The position numbers and the translations under genes are program-made. DNA of 63,395 bases, filler included, from Trichosphaerium sp. ATCC 40318 (taxonomy: Eukaryota; Protista; Tubulinea), in the NCBI GenBank assembly GCA_038496445.1. It is 3 parts of 3 records of this genome, joined end to end, with 100 filler letters (N's around TTAATTAATTAA, not from the genome) between each part and the next. Parts side by side here need not be neighbours in the genome. Positions count along the whole stretch, not along the records: positions 1 to 26,152 come from JALMLS010000218.1; positions 26,253 to 56,400 come from JALMLS010000067.1; 1 more part is not named here. One strand, written 5' to 3'. Below are positions 22,033 through 34,300 of the stretch, in pieces (position 1 is the stretch's first letter; the number at the start of each line of letters is the position of its first letter). The notes beneath the pieces are model-generated. The model was not told the DNA's origin. It was given only the letters and a program-made list of their open reading frames with translations, and did no database searches.

Positions 22033-25000
22033 ATGGCTACTCCGCCTGCAAGCGCTACCACACCGATAGTAGTAACGCTCCCAAAGCCGCGTAGAGGTAC
22101 AACCTTTTGCAGTTTTTAGCATTGCTTCAAATTTCTGAGTGGGTTGAACAACGTCTGGTGCACATGTCGTCTTATTTGAACACCACGCTCCCACAGAGTG
22201 CTCCAGCCTGCTCAGAAGAAAAAAACGGCTGTCACAGCGTTGATTATGTTGTAAAAAACTCACGCAACGGAGGTTCTACAGGCTCTGCCACGCTCGTTGA
22301 GGAGCAAACAACAAAGGATAAGAGTAGTTCGAGACTAACAGACACACAATCGAGCACAGATAATAACACTAAGCGTACGTGAAACTGTTATAAACGACGT
22401 TTGTAAAAATACACTGTGAACACAAAAACCATTTGTATGTTCCGTATTGCGCTCACACCGGTATTAGGTAGCTCTGCGACGCATCAAAGCTCCAATGGCT
22501 CTCTTCAACTGAGTTCTAGCAGCAGACAAAAAGTAAAACGATCAAGTAAATGGCAACAAGCATACGTGTACGCTATTTTAGAAACCATGCTGTAGTAGTC
22601 TTTTTTAGGCTTTTCTTTTTTTTTTAAAAACCTGTTTTTGTCGATCCTTTAAACGTGACGCGTCGGTTCTCACCCTTCCTTTAGGTCGACTAAACAGAAG
22701 CGAAAATCTGCTGAAAGAAGACCTTCATTACTAGGTGAGTGTAACCTAACTACGCCAGGCCCTTTTTTAGGCATGAGAAGCGAAAGGAAGAATAAAACTA
22801 AACTTCCCAAACGCACAAAAAAAATCGAACCATTTTTCCAAGGCTTGCTATGTTTTTTTTGACATATTGTTGTGGCTCTGCAACTCTTCTCACTCTTTCA
22901 TTTAGTTACTGCAAAAAATCAAAAGCGAAAAAGCCAAAAAGCGCGACGTAATAGCCACGTACCAAGAGTAGATAAAACGAAAAATGTAAGCTTGCCTCCA
23001 CGCAGTAGCTCAGTTAGTATAAATGATTTGGACACATTCTCAAGGCCTCGCCGAAACAGTCACTCTAGGACTATTTCCGGTGGTAGTGGAGTTACAACAG
23101 CTATACCTCGATCGTTCAGCATGGAGTATGGCGCATCTAGACTAGTTAACGTGGATTCTATGCAAAGTTTCCCACAACAAAAAAAGCCACGACCAAAGAG
23201 CGTTGATTATAATCGCATGAGCGTCAAAAGAGCTCTGTCAGAGATTGCCGCATACGAAAGTACACGTGAGCCCGAAAAAAAGAGGCGTGGAACGTATGGT
23301 GGTGTAGCAAAGCGTAGAGGAACAATTGGTGGCGGTCCTGCACCAAATGTAGAAGAGGAACAAGTTGACGTCAAATTATTTCGAGTTCGTTTGCCTGGAG
23401 GTGCGTTAACCTCCTATTAGTGTAAGTTTTTTGTAAATTTTTTTTTTATAGGGTGCTTGCGATCTGTGCTGTTTGAGCCTGAGCGTCTACTTAGCGCTGT
23501 TATTAAAAAAGTGTCAATCAAACAAAATAACATGATTAACAATACATGGGTTGTCAAAGCCCCTGATGGAACAGTCCTTGATCAAGACAAGACATTAGGA
23601 GAGTTAAATGTGACTGAGATTTATTGCTCCCCAAATGGTACACACATTTATGTACCTCTCATTTTCTTACTTTTCTTTATAGCCAAGAACGTTGACATCG
23701 GCAATGTACGTGACACATCTCATGACATTATTTCTCGGCTTTTTTGTTCTGAATTTTCCTTGTAGGTAGGAGATAGTGAAGATAGTGTTGCAACTACTGA
23801 TGGTGATGATAAGACAGCAACCCAACAAATGCTTGCCAGTTTCGTGCCTAAACACGTGCAATGTACGCTTTTCCTGTTTCTTTGCACATACTGAAAGTAA
23901 CGCTGTTTAGCTTGGTTTCTTGATAATAAAACAAAGTTGGTTACACCAAAAGCGGATGAGGTCTATGCATGTGTTCTTTTCGCTGATATTTCTGGATTTA
24001 CTCCGCTCACTGAGAAATTATCTAAACTTGGAGACAAAGGTTCGTTTGAAATATTTTTTTTCTAAAAGTGATTTCTGTCTTCTCATAATTGGATGTAGGC
24101 GTGGAGCTACTCACAAGACATTTAAATGCCTATTTTGGACAAATGATAGAGCTCATTGAGAAACATGGTGGTGATGTTGTAAAATTCGCTGGTGATGCCT
24201 TACTTGCCTGGTGGCCTTCAAAGTGTATGTATTATTAAGATTGAATGAAATCAAACTAATGTTATTCCAAGCAAAATCGGGATTATCGATGTGTGTACCA
24301 CTTGCGAGTCAATGCGCGATAGCTATGACGAGAGATCTTGTTGGTACTGATATGGACGGTTGTACTTTGACGCTTCACATTGGTGTTGGTGCAGGTAAAC
24401 AGCTTAGTTGATTTTTTTACAATATTAATTGTTATTTCTTAGGCAAAGTACACGCTATTCATGTTGGTGGTCAGAATAATCGAGTAGAATTTATTATAGC
24501 AGGTAATGCCTTGGATCAAGTTAGCGAATGTGAAAAAGCCGCTGGTTCTGGTGAGGTGTTTATCTCAAGGTATGTACTTTCTTTTATGGTGTTCTATGTT
24601 TCTTACTTTACAAAGACCTGCCTTGAAGTGTATAGATAATCCTAGCTCTGTAGAAGTATCGTATTTAAACAAACGTGGTACTTACTCAAAACTTAAACAA
24701 GGGAAAAAGAGCAGGCGGCTATCCAGGAGGACGAATGGTGAGGTTTTTTTTTTGTTCATGACGAAATGTTAACTGTTTTTTTTGCAGCAAAACTAGCTTC
24801 GTACCTTGAAGCATTAACTATCTTTCGTCTTGACAATATCGAGCATGTTGAAACGAAGGCACCTAATAAATTACCGTTCACGCCTGAATTGCAAAGCTTG
24901 CTGGAACCTTATGTCCAGTCTGCTGTTCAGAGTCATTTGGGATCTGGTCAAATGGTATATTTTTGATTTTCTTTTTGAATGGTGATTAACCTCCCATGTA

Positions 25001-26152
25001 GGCATCTTTTTTGGCTGAGCTACGACATGTGAGTGTCATTTTTGTAAATCTAGAATTGACATACAGTAAACCTTTGTTGGCCAAGCTACAGGTACGTGGG
25101 TTGTGTTTTTTTATTTGCTTTGACACTTTTTGTAGGAAGCTGTGTGTGAAATGCAAAAAGCAGTGTACCTCTATGAAGGTGTTGTTCGTCAATTTATTGT
25201 AGATGATAAAGGTACTACTATTTCCTTATTTCAACTTGTTAACATCTTTTCAGGGAGTGTTCTAATTGCTGCATTTGGACTACCTCCAAAGACGCATGAA
25301 GATGATCCTTCACGTGCTGTAAAAGCTGCAATAAAGCTCCGAGAATGCCTTACAAGGCTAAACATTCAAAGTAGTATTGGTGTAACTACAGGATCGGCGT
25401 TTTGTGGTGCTGTTGGAAGTAATCTACGGCGTGAATACGCTCTTGTTGGAGATATAGTGGTATGGTTTTCAACTAGCTTTTTTTATTATTTTGTTGTAAG
25501 CCTTACTTATTATCTATAGAATCTCTCTGCACGTCTTATGGTTGCTGCTGGTACAAACCAAATATTTGTAGATAAGAAAACGTACCTAGCGGCTAAGTGT
25601 GTTGACTACCAAGCTCTTGCTCCTATCAAAGTTAAGGTATGTAATTTATCTTCGTTTAAGTCAAATACACGCTGAACGAACTTGTTAGGGTAAAGAAAGA
25701 CCTGTAGAAGTTTTTGCACCTATCCAACATCAGATATCGAAGCGTACACTCAGTATAAGTAGTTTTAGACCTCAAATGCTTCAGACTATGCGTCAGTCTG
25801 GTGCACAAAGTGTATTTGTTGGAAGGTATTGTACTATCTTCAAAATGGTTGATATTAATTTGATGATTTGTAATTAGATCCGGTATTCTAACAAAAGTTT
25901 TTGAAGCAGTTGGCTCTGCTGTTGCAAAAGAGGGTAAAAACGCAAGGGTATTTGTAGTAGAAGGTAGCCCTGGTATAGGAAAGACAGCATTGTTAAAAAT
26001 GATGAACTCCAGATGCGGAAAATTAGGTGCCAAGGTGAGTATTACAATTTTTTTTTCCTCTTTTGTACTTAATGGTTTTTTCTTCTTATAGACGTCTATT
26101 GGTGTTTGTGATGCTATTGAGAAGAATGCACCTTACTTTCCTTGGCGTAATA
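22033..26152 (+). CDS. Soluble adenylyl/guanylyl cyclase (ADCY10/sGC-like): low-complexity N-terminus, RBD-like domain, two class III cyclase domains, P-loop NTPase; truncated at contig end
   Basis: LFADISGFT..KFAGDAL (C1); ELRHVSVIF..DDKG..AFGLPP.THEDD..RREYALVGD (C2); VEGSPGIGKT. Confidence 0.9.
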
Positions 26153-26252
26153 NNNNNNNNNNNNNNNNNNNNNNNNNNNNNNNNNNNNNNNNNNNNTTAA
26201 TTAATTAANNNNNNNNNNNNNNNNNNNNNNNNNNNNNNNNNNNNNNNNNNNN
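26153..26252. other. Artificial contig linker
   Basis: N-run with central TTAATTAATTAA stop linker. Confidence 0.99.
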
Positions 26253-26520
26253 GATGACATTGTTATTGGGTTTTGGTTAGTACAAGGTCTTTCATGTTGA
26301 AGGAATAGTAACAAAGAATACAAGTAATATACATAAGCGAGTCATTACTTAACTAGCTCATTAAAATAGTTCATTTGGTGTTTCCACAATTTGCGACAAA
26401 AAGACATTCACTCATACTATAGTTCCCTTGCAAAATGAGTATGCTTCTGAATCAAACACCAACGGATCTAGAAGAGTAAGTTCACGTTTCAATGCAGCAA
26501 ATACACGTGTTTTACTGTTA

Positions 26521-27837
26521 ATGGCAACATTTAGCATTGAGAGGCCATTAGAACTGCTTTGGCTGCCGATAGAGATTATATTTTGTATCCTGGCGTTTTT
26601 GGGCAACAAATGTCGTATATCCGCAACATTCGTTTGTAAACTCTTTTCTACGATCATTTTGAATCATTTGGGTTATTTTGAGGTGACTGTCAAGTCAAGA
26701 GAAGAGCTACTCACACTAAACGGAAGTCCTCTTTTAAAAAACACAAAAGTAGTTATTGATATTAGTACATTGACTGATGATGACTTTAAAAGTATTTCTG
26801 GTGTCCACCACCTGGAAACAAGCGATTGTGTATCACCAACAGATACTATGTTAGAACATATTTCAGGTGTACATCATCTAGAACTACGTATAAGAAAACG
26901 TGGATGCAAATTGACACGTTTTGGATTTAAATCACTTCATGGTATCCATACACTCATTGTATCATGTGCGCATTTAAAAGATGAATGGATTCAAGAACTT
27001 GAGGGTATCCATACAATCGATATTTCGCACACATCTATAACTGATAAAGGACTTGCAGCACTCTCTGGAGTTCATACTATTAATTTAAGTGAGTGTTATA
27101 ATATCAGTGATAAAGGTGTTATTGCCATTTCAGGCAGTGTACACAAGATACTGCTTAATCATTGCTATATTACAGATAAAAGTGTAAGAGCACTAACAAA
27201 TGCAAGAGCAATATCATTGGCTAGTACAAATATTACAGATGAAGGATTAAAGTACTTGTTGACTCAAAATCGAGTGACAAACATCATTAACAAAATTAAT
27301 CTTGATTGCATTCAAATATCAAATAATGTATTGAAACTCCTGGCTGGTATTCCTTGTGTAGAGATTCGTTATTCCCAACTAAATAGCAATACCCTGTCAT
27401 GTTTGGTAGGAATACAGCATATTACTTTGAGAGCGTGCAATGTATCAAATGATGCTATAAAGCAATTGGCAGGTGTTAAAATGATTGATATTTGTTGTAT
27501 TGCTTGCGTTGATGATAGTACTTTAAAGGCACTTGCAGGAGTACATACAATTTTCCTCGATTCAACATCTGTGACAGATAAAGGTCTAGGCTACTTGGTT
27601 GGCGTTAAAGTCATTAGCCTTTGTGAATGTAAGCTTATAACAGATAAAGGAGTGAATAGCCTTATTGGTGTCAAGGAAATTGATCTGGGAGACTGTTCAC
27701 AAATCACAAATGATGGAGTTGTTAATTTAACAAGCCTTGATTTCCTGTACTTTTATGGTACCCAAATAACACAAAGAATGGTTTATAAACTAGGATGCAA
27801 CACAAGCTACTCACACCAATTGTGGCCAAAGTTTTAA
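26521..27837 (+). CDS. F-box-like/leucine-rich repeat protein, intronless
   Basis: LLWLPIEIIFCILAFL F-box-like motif followed by ~21-22 aa repeats of the type ITDKGLxxLxGVHTIxL. Confidence 0.85.
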   Translation: MATFSIERPLELLWLPIEIIFCILAFLGNKCRISATFVCKLFSTIILNHLGYFEVTVKSREELLTLNGSPLLKNTKVVIDISTLTDDDFKSISGVHHLETSDCVSPTDTMLEHISGVHHLELRIRKRGCKLTRFGFKSLHGIHTLIVSCAHLKDEWIQELEGIHTIDISHTSITDKGLAALSGVHTINLSECYNISDKGVIAISGSVHKILLNHCYITDKSVRALTNARAISLASTNITDEGLKYLLTQNRVTNIINKINLDCIQISNNVLKLLAGIPCVEIRYSQLNSNTLSCLVGIQHITLRACNVSNDAIKQLAGVKMIDICCIACVDDSTLKALAGVHTIFLDSTSVTDKGLGYLVGVKVISLCECKLITDKGVNSLIGVKEIDLGDCSQITNDGVVNLTSLDFLYFYGTQITQRMVYKLGCNTSYSHQLWPKF

Positions 27838-28155
27838 AGTGGACCATATGTAGTTAAACGAATTATCCAAAGACTTTTTTCTCTTTTTTTTTGATCTAAG
27901 TGCAAGTTGTTTCTTATGTGCTTTCTGTCTGTAACGCTCTGTACTTAACTACGTTACTTAAATACATACTGAGTTTCCATATCCAACCTTCGTACCCTTA
28001 CACTGTCCTTGTAGAAATGTGTTTCTGTACCATTGCAGTTTGTCAAATGCGTTGTTTATGCCGATATCCCGAAAAAAAACAACAAGGAAGGTAAGTCACG
28101 TGTTTGGAGAAATGTACGCTGATGAACGAAAATCTTCGTTCCAAACCTAGCAAAC

Positions 28156-29375
28156 ATGCTCAATATTTCCACAACCATTCCTAGTACGTGAGTCTCGTTC
28201 AGTCAATACGCGAATTTTTTTTTTATCTAACAAACTTATTGTCGCTCGAATTGCGTACGTTGGTAGGTTTCAACGCATTCGAAGTAAGATAGAGCAAACT
28301 ATGAAAACTATGACTGTCAGTAAGCCAACAGAAGATGTTTCTAGTTCTAAAATAGACCAAGTCATTGCGAGGGTAGTGGGAGGAGATATTATTCACTTTA
28401 AAACAACCCATCCTCAAAAAAGCTCGCAGATTACTTGCGCAAGCGTCTAGAGCGTATATTACACGAATCTAACATTCATCTGTGCCAATACGCAATTTCT
28501 AACGGAGAACATTTTAATCGCATCCAAGAGCTACGAAAGTCTCTTCTAAACGATACATACATACATGAATGCATACGTGGGCTATTAGAGGTAACAAACT
28601 ACAAATATGATGTTTTTGAGGCAATGACCTCTCTGACAGCCTATCCTGCTCGTGTAGGAGCTTGGATTCAATCTAACGTTAACGTACTTTGATAAACCAA
28701 GGCTACGTGCTGTTACAAGCGGTGGACACCTCAATAGAGCATCAGAAATGGTTTATTCCCTTCATCGTGATACTTGGTGAGTGTTTTGAGTTTTCTTCAG
28801 TCTAGCTCCCTTTCACACCTTGTTCAATAACAGAAATGTGGTTTAGGTATACATACGCAGAGCATGGTATTAACTTTTGGATCAATATCGATGATGTGTT
28901 GCCGTCAGAGAGTTTTATGATTTTGCCAAATTTTTTCAATGTCCCTGTCGAAAACACTTCAAGCTTTTTCTCCTATGATAAGTGGTGTGCTTCAGGAGGG
29001 TTTCAATCTGTTAAACCAAAGTCGTATTATCCTCACCTAACTTCTCCAGAGTCATTTGAGGACCAGATTGAAGAAAAAACTTGTTTTAATTGTACACATG
29101 GAAACATCATAATGTTCTCTCCTTCTCACTTACACGGCACACAAAAGCATAGTAGTGGACGTACTAGGTTCAGTATGGAGTTTAGAGTTACAACACTTGA
29201 TGAAAATCATGTACAAATGCGTTATGAAGGTGTTGATAATGAGTCAAAAGGAGATGCTCTTGTTCATAGTATATGCGCCAAAGACTTTGTATCTATTCAT
29301 TCATCTGATGTTAATTTATTACGAGAGTTAATTGCTAACTTTAAATCTCAACAAAAGCTTCAGGTGCACAAATAG
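28156..29375 (+). CDS. 2OG-Fe(II) oxygenase (PhyH-like), multi-exon, start approximate
   Basis: SLHRDTW (HxD), INFWI, FSPSHLHGT (distal His) and RTRFSMEFR. Confidence 0.7.
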
Positions 29376-29734
29376 CAGCTAGTTATTTTTTTGTAGACAA
29401 GTCTATCACGTGACCACCTCCCAATGTATTGGTTGTGCACAAACAATAAATCACCTTGTGAACGATGGAACAACACTCCTGCCTGTAGTTTCCTTGGTGT
29501 TAGAAATATGTGGTGAACCAAAAAAAAGGTGAACGAAGTGAGAATATTCGCTAGCTTTGTATGTATTCTAGAACGAGCTATTTAACAAAAAAAAGAGTGT
29601 AGTTTGCTACTGTAATAACAAATAAATCATTGAGTGGTTATTGTAAGAGGGAAATTCCTCACTGTAAAGTCACCCAATGTAAAATACCTGGATAATAAAT
29701 GTGAGTTAAGAGTTACAACTTTACCTGTTACATA

Positions 29735-29784
29735 TGGCGACCCTAGCAGGATTTGAACCTGCACAGCAGAGGGGCCAATAGACT
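29735..29784 (-). pseudogene. Orphan 3' half of a class II (Ser-like) tRNA with encoded CCA
   Basis: Minus strand AGTCTATTGGCCCCTCTGCTGT-GCAGGTTCAAATCCTGC-TAGGGTC-G-CCA: perfect T-arm with correct spacing to CCA; no 5' half seen nearby. Confidence 0.4.
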
Positions 29785-29860
29785 GTATTCCTTTTCAGTT
29801 GTATTTGGATTTAGTAACAAAACTTTCAAGTGGTTGCCATATACTTGATGAGAGCTTTAT

Positions 29861-30298
29861 TTACATAAAGTTTTTTTTGAGGTATAAAAATACACCTCTT
29901 CTTTTTGAAAATCCCATTCTTTGTTTAGGTACTGCATAAAGGGAATAACTTTCATCAGAAGATTTGAATGTAAAAAGAATTTTTTTGTCGTGCAACCAAT
30001 CTGGGCTAACATAGCTACAAACCATTCCTTTTCCTCTCCCAATAACAGATACTCTACCAAGTAGAACAGTACTTGATGAATAAAGTGTTTTGGGTCCTGG
30101 GCATTTGATCTTAAAGCGCCTGGTATCTTTCGCTCCAAAGATTTTTCTACCGCGTTTTGGGTTGACTGTGATGGCACTTACGCCATCATACGTTGGTTGT
30201 CGTGTATATTTCACTCGTTGGCGTTCATAACTAGCAGTAGTGCATTGAATAGATAATAATACTATCACAAACAGAACCAGAGAGTAAATGGTTGCCAT
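29861..30298 (-). CDS. Hypothetical small secreted basic protein
   Basis: ATG-initiated ORF with signal-peptide-like MATIYSLVLFVIVLLSIQCTTA; 3' end may be spliced. Confidence 0.55.
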   Translation of the reverse strand: MATIYSLVLFVIVLLSIQCTTASYERQRVKYTRQPTYDGVSAITVNPKRGRKIFGAKDTRRFKIKCPGPKTLYSSSTVLLGRVSVIGRGKGMVCSYVSPDWLHDKKILFTFKSSDESYSLYAVPKQRMGFSKRRGVFLYLKKNFM

Positions 30299-31300
30299 GT
30301 TGTGCTATTTGTGCGAAAACTTGATGTTAATTAGGAATGTCCTTTCTTTTTTGGGATAGCTCCTTCCAAATACATGATTTGAAGTGTGTTGTCATCACCT
30401 GGGCGTAAAAATGCCATTATTAATATTCTCACGTTGGATGTCGCTAATTTGACGAAAGATGTTCCTCGAGAACTGACCCGGATTATCGATCAACAAAATT
30501 AGCGATAATAATCCCAATTTTTAGTTTGTTATTACCCATAACGTACATCTTTTTCATCCCTCATAGTTTACCCAATGGATGCTAGCATATATGTATGTAT
30601 ATATAACTAAACAGTTCTCCTTGTTAACATACACTAGATACTCACAGTGATGAACAAAACCGAGTGCAAAAATATGGACTATTGCTAATCTTTTTTATCG
30701 CTCTGCGCCAAATTCCGGCCATATTTTGTTGTAAAATTAGTCACACACGAAAGTATGACAATGTCCTTCATACATAGGAAATTCGTAGTTGGAAGTCCAA
30801 TATCATTTGGGTAGCCAACACGCGAATCTTCGTATTTTGGTGAATCGCCCAAACAGTCAAGCAGAGTAAACTAACACGTGGCTCGAGCTTGTAGAAACCA
30901 GTAATTAGAGCTACTAATCGGTCAGAAAACAATTAACCCTGATTTAAAAAAGGTACGGTAACAAGAATGGTAAAGCGGAATTGTTCCTCTCGTTCGAATT
31001 GGTATTTGTTTACAGATACTGACGTCATACTCTGTTGGCTATGTATCTACCATACCCGCCAATGGTGACATTTTGTGAAGGTCAGTTATAGACCCGAGCG
31101 ATGCGACGAGCCCAACAAAAGGGAATAGCGGTCATTGTAGCTAGTATTTGCTGTATTACATCTTTTCGAACAAACTCGAACAATTTTCGAACCAAATTTT
31201 TTTACCAGTTTTCTGTATATTAATCCATGATAGAAAAACTCGTTTTGTAAGCACGTGGACCATTTAATTCCTGTACAAGCTTTCGCTAGCATATTTCGAC

Positions 31301-34300
31301 ATGTCTGATCTTACGCCTACGGAACCAGGTACGTACAATTTTTTCTATCCCAATTTAGACCACAAGCTCACGTTTTTTTTTTGTAAAATGCTGAAATGGT
31401 TCTTCAGCATGCCAAGAATCAATTGGTCAAAACAACCCCAAAATATTTAGTGGTGTGAAGTCACGTGAACAAGCAAAAAAGAAAAAACAGCTTTTTCTTT
31501 TTAACGTTTTGATTTTGATCCCAAGTTGGTGCTAATTGTGCTCATAAAGGTAAACAGCAGTATTTTACTGAGCTGCATAATGACGAAGGCACTCTCATAT
31601 ACAAAGGTAACTTTATGGACAGCACCTATCATGGTACTGGAGAGAAGTATAGGTCGTCAGATGGTACACTCTTATACAAAGGAAATTTTTCGCATGGTGA
31701 TTACCATGGTACAGGGCAATTATATTGGGAAAATGGTAACATCCAACGTAAAGGTATATTTAAGTACAATCGCCTTCAGATAGGAGAGTGTTATAGGCAA
31801 GATGGTACACTCTTATACAAAGGAGAATTTGAGCAAGGTGATTACCATGGTACAGGACAATTATATTGGGGAAATGGTAACATCCAATATAAAGGTGAAT
31901 TTAGGAATAATTGCCTTTGTAGAGGAGATTGTTATAGGCAAGATGGTACCCTCCAATACAAAGGAGAATTTTGGGGCAACTCAAGATACATACCTAAATT
32001 TATGGGGACATTTCATGGTAAGGGAGTGTTTCTTTATCAAAATGGTACCAAGTACATTGGACAATTTGACAACGATAAGTTCCATGGTATTGGTGAGAAG
32101 TATTGGCCAGATGGTCGTAAATACATTGGTAAATTTGAACACAACAAGAAGTCAGCAAGCGGCAGTAAAAAGCAGAAAACTATTGCTGGAAACCCAGATC
32201 AGGTTGCCTTTTCTAATATTGTGGATACAATATTCTCTTCCCCTAGCATAAAAAATATAGACGACCAAAGTATAATAGAAGAAGTTCGGGTGTTTACACA
32301 ACATACTAGCGCTCACAGCAACTTATTTATGATTCCCAAAATCATCGATATTGCAACAGACAAATTAAACTTTATAGGCATGTGTACATCACAAAAAAAA
32401 GTATTTGAAGTATATTCTAAGAGTGAATGTATATTGGTTAAAGATGCTATAAAGCAGCACCAAGCAGTACAAAAATATGGCAACAATGTAGATTGTTATT
32501 GTGATTTTGTATTTATCTATGACCTTTGTAAAAAAGATCCTGAGATATCACTTCATGAAGGTGCGGTGTCTTTTATACCACTATCTTTATACTTATTGAT
32601 TATTTAAATAGTAACAACTATGGCACGTGGTATTTCTAGAGCACGTGTGATACCCATAAAAAAGGACACGCTATCAGACGAAAAGATACAACAGTTCCGA
32701 TATTACTTTCGGTATGGTTGTGACAAACTGGATTCGGTAATTAGCTGTGGTATTGTTAATGGAGTGTGTCATGAAAAATATGATTTTGATGGTTCTGAGC
32801 AATTGGAAGCTAAAATAATGGTTATGGGACATGAAGGATCAGGTATTTTATCAAAGTCGGATGATTGATGATACTCTAATTATTAATTAGGCAAGACAAC
32901 ACTTGTGAGGACATTGGCAAAGGAAACAAATAGAATAGCGGATTCAACAATTGGTTTTGATACATCACATCTCTCGTATGTTCTATGTTATGGTGCCATA
33001 ACTTTAATCCAATTTAGTTTACATGGCGTATCATTCACAGTGTTAGACTTTGCTGGACAGACGGAATATAAAGGATTACATAAGTACTTTTTAGCAAGGC
33101 AACTCACTATTTACATCATCGTTGTAAGTTCATAGTGCACCAATATCACGCTTGCTTCCTTATCATTCACCAACTTTAGATTGACTTGTCAACATCAATC
33201 AAAGAGCAACAGGAGCACCTCAAATATTGGTGTCGGGCTTTAAATGAGATACTATTTGGCCAAGATCCAAAGTTATACTCGGTGATTGTATTTGGATCCA
33301 AATTGGATATCTTTTTAGGAGATATCAAGGCCAATAAACAAGCATTGATTCCTATAGGACTATCACTAGTACAGTACTATGCTTAGACGGTACCACCTTT
33401 ATACGTTTTTACAATCGCTTATCCTTACTGTTTAGGAACAAGTGCTCTCGTCAAATTATTGGAGCATCAAGCCAAGTACTTGAAGGCCCAATATCCTAGA
33501 GTACCTTCAATGTACATAGATATCAAGAATGCACTTGAGAAAATCACAAACAAGGATACTCTTAAGGACAACATCATATCAATGTACGTTGTGTTAGTGT
33601 ATTTAATATTGTCACTAACTAGTACTCAGAAAGAAGCTAATAGAAGAAAAGTTTATTAAAAAGTCCACTACATGTATAATGTCTCCAATAGAGTTGGTTG
33701 CTGCATTAAATTACATTCATTCCATTGGTAGCATCATGTTTGATGAGGTATGTGCTTCTTCAACTAGGAGTATACTTGCTTAACAAACTGATTTTACCAT
33801 ATTTAGTCGTCATACATGCTGTGTTTGCACCCTCCTATTCTATCTCGTATCATGAGTGCTTTTCTAGCACCCAAAGAACATCTTGATAGATTGATCAAAA
33901 ACAACACTCATAATCATCATGCTGTATTCACTGACTCAGAAGCTAAATCTCGAATCTCAAAGCTATTTCCAAAATGCACTAAACGTGAAGTGAAGCAGGT
34001 GATGAAATTCTTGGTACAAATGTCGTTCTGCGTTCGCTTGACAGAAGAAGAAAAGGTAACAGATAGTGTATGTACTCTACAACTTTTTCTCAATGTAGTT
34101 ATTCAGGTTGTGTATGGCGCTGATGGATACCTTATTATATCGCTATTACCTAAAGCTGATATGCTTTACTTTCCTCCATTGACCCAAAAGGAGCAAAGTA
34201 TTACGTTAGTTCAGACAAAGAACAAAAACTCACATGAGTTACCAGAAGTATTCTCTTTGTCTAAATCACCAACAAAGTGGAAGATATTATCATACACACC

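Noticed and set aside
8149-26152. Alternative genetic code to explain fragmented ORFs
   Set aside because: Breaks coincide with short GT-AG introns, and single-exon genes read normally in the standard code.
26153-26252. TTAATTAATTAA as a biological motif, and synteny across the gaps
   Set aside because: Artificial linker; the three contigs need not be adjacent.
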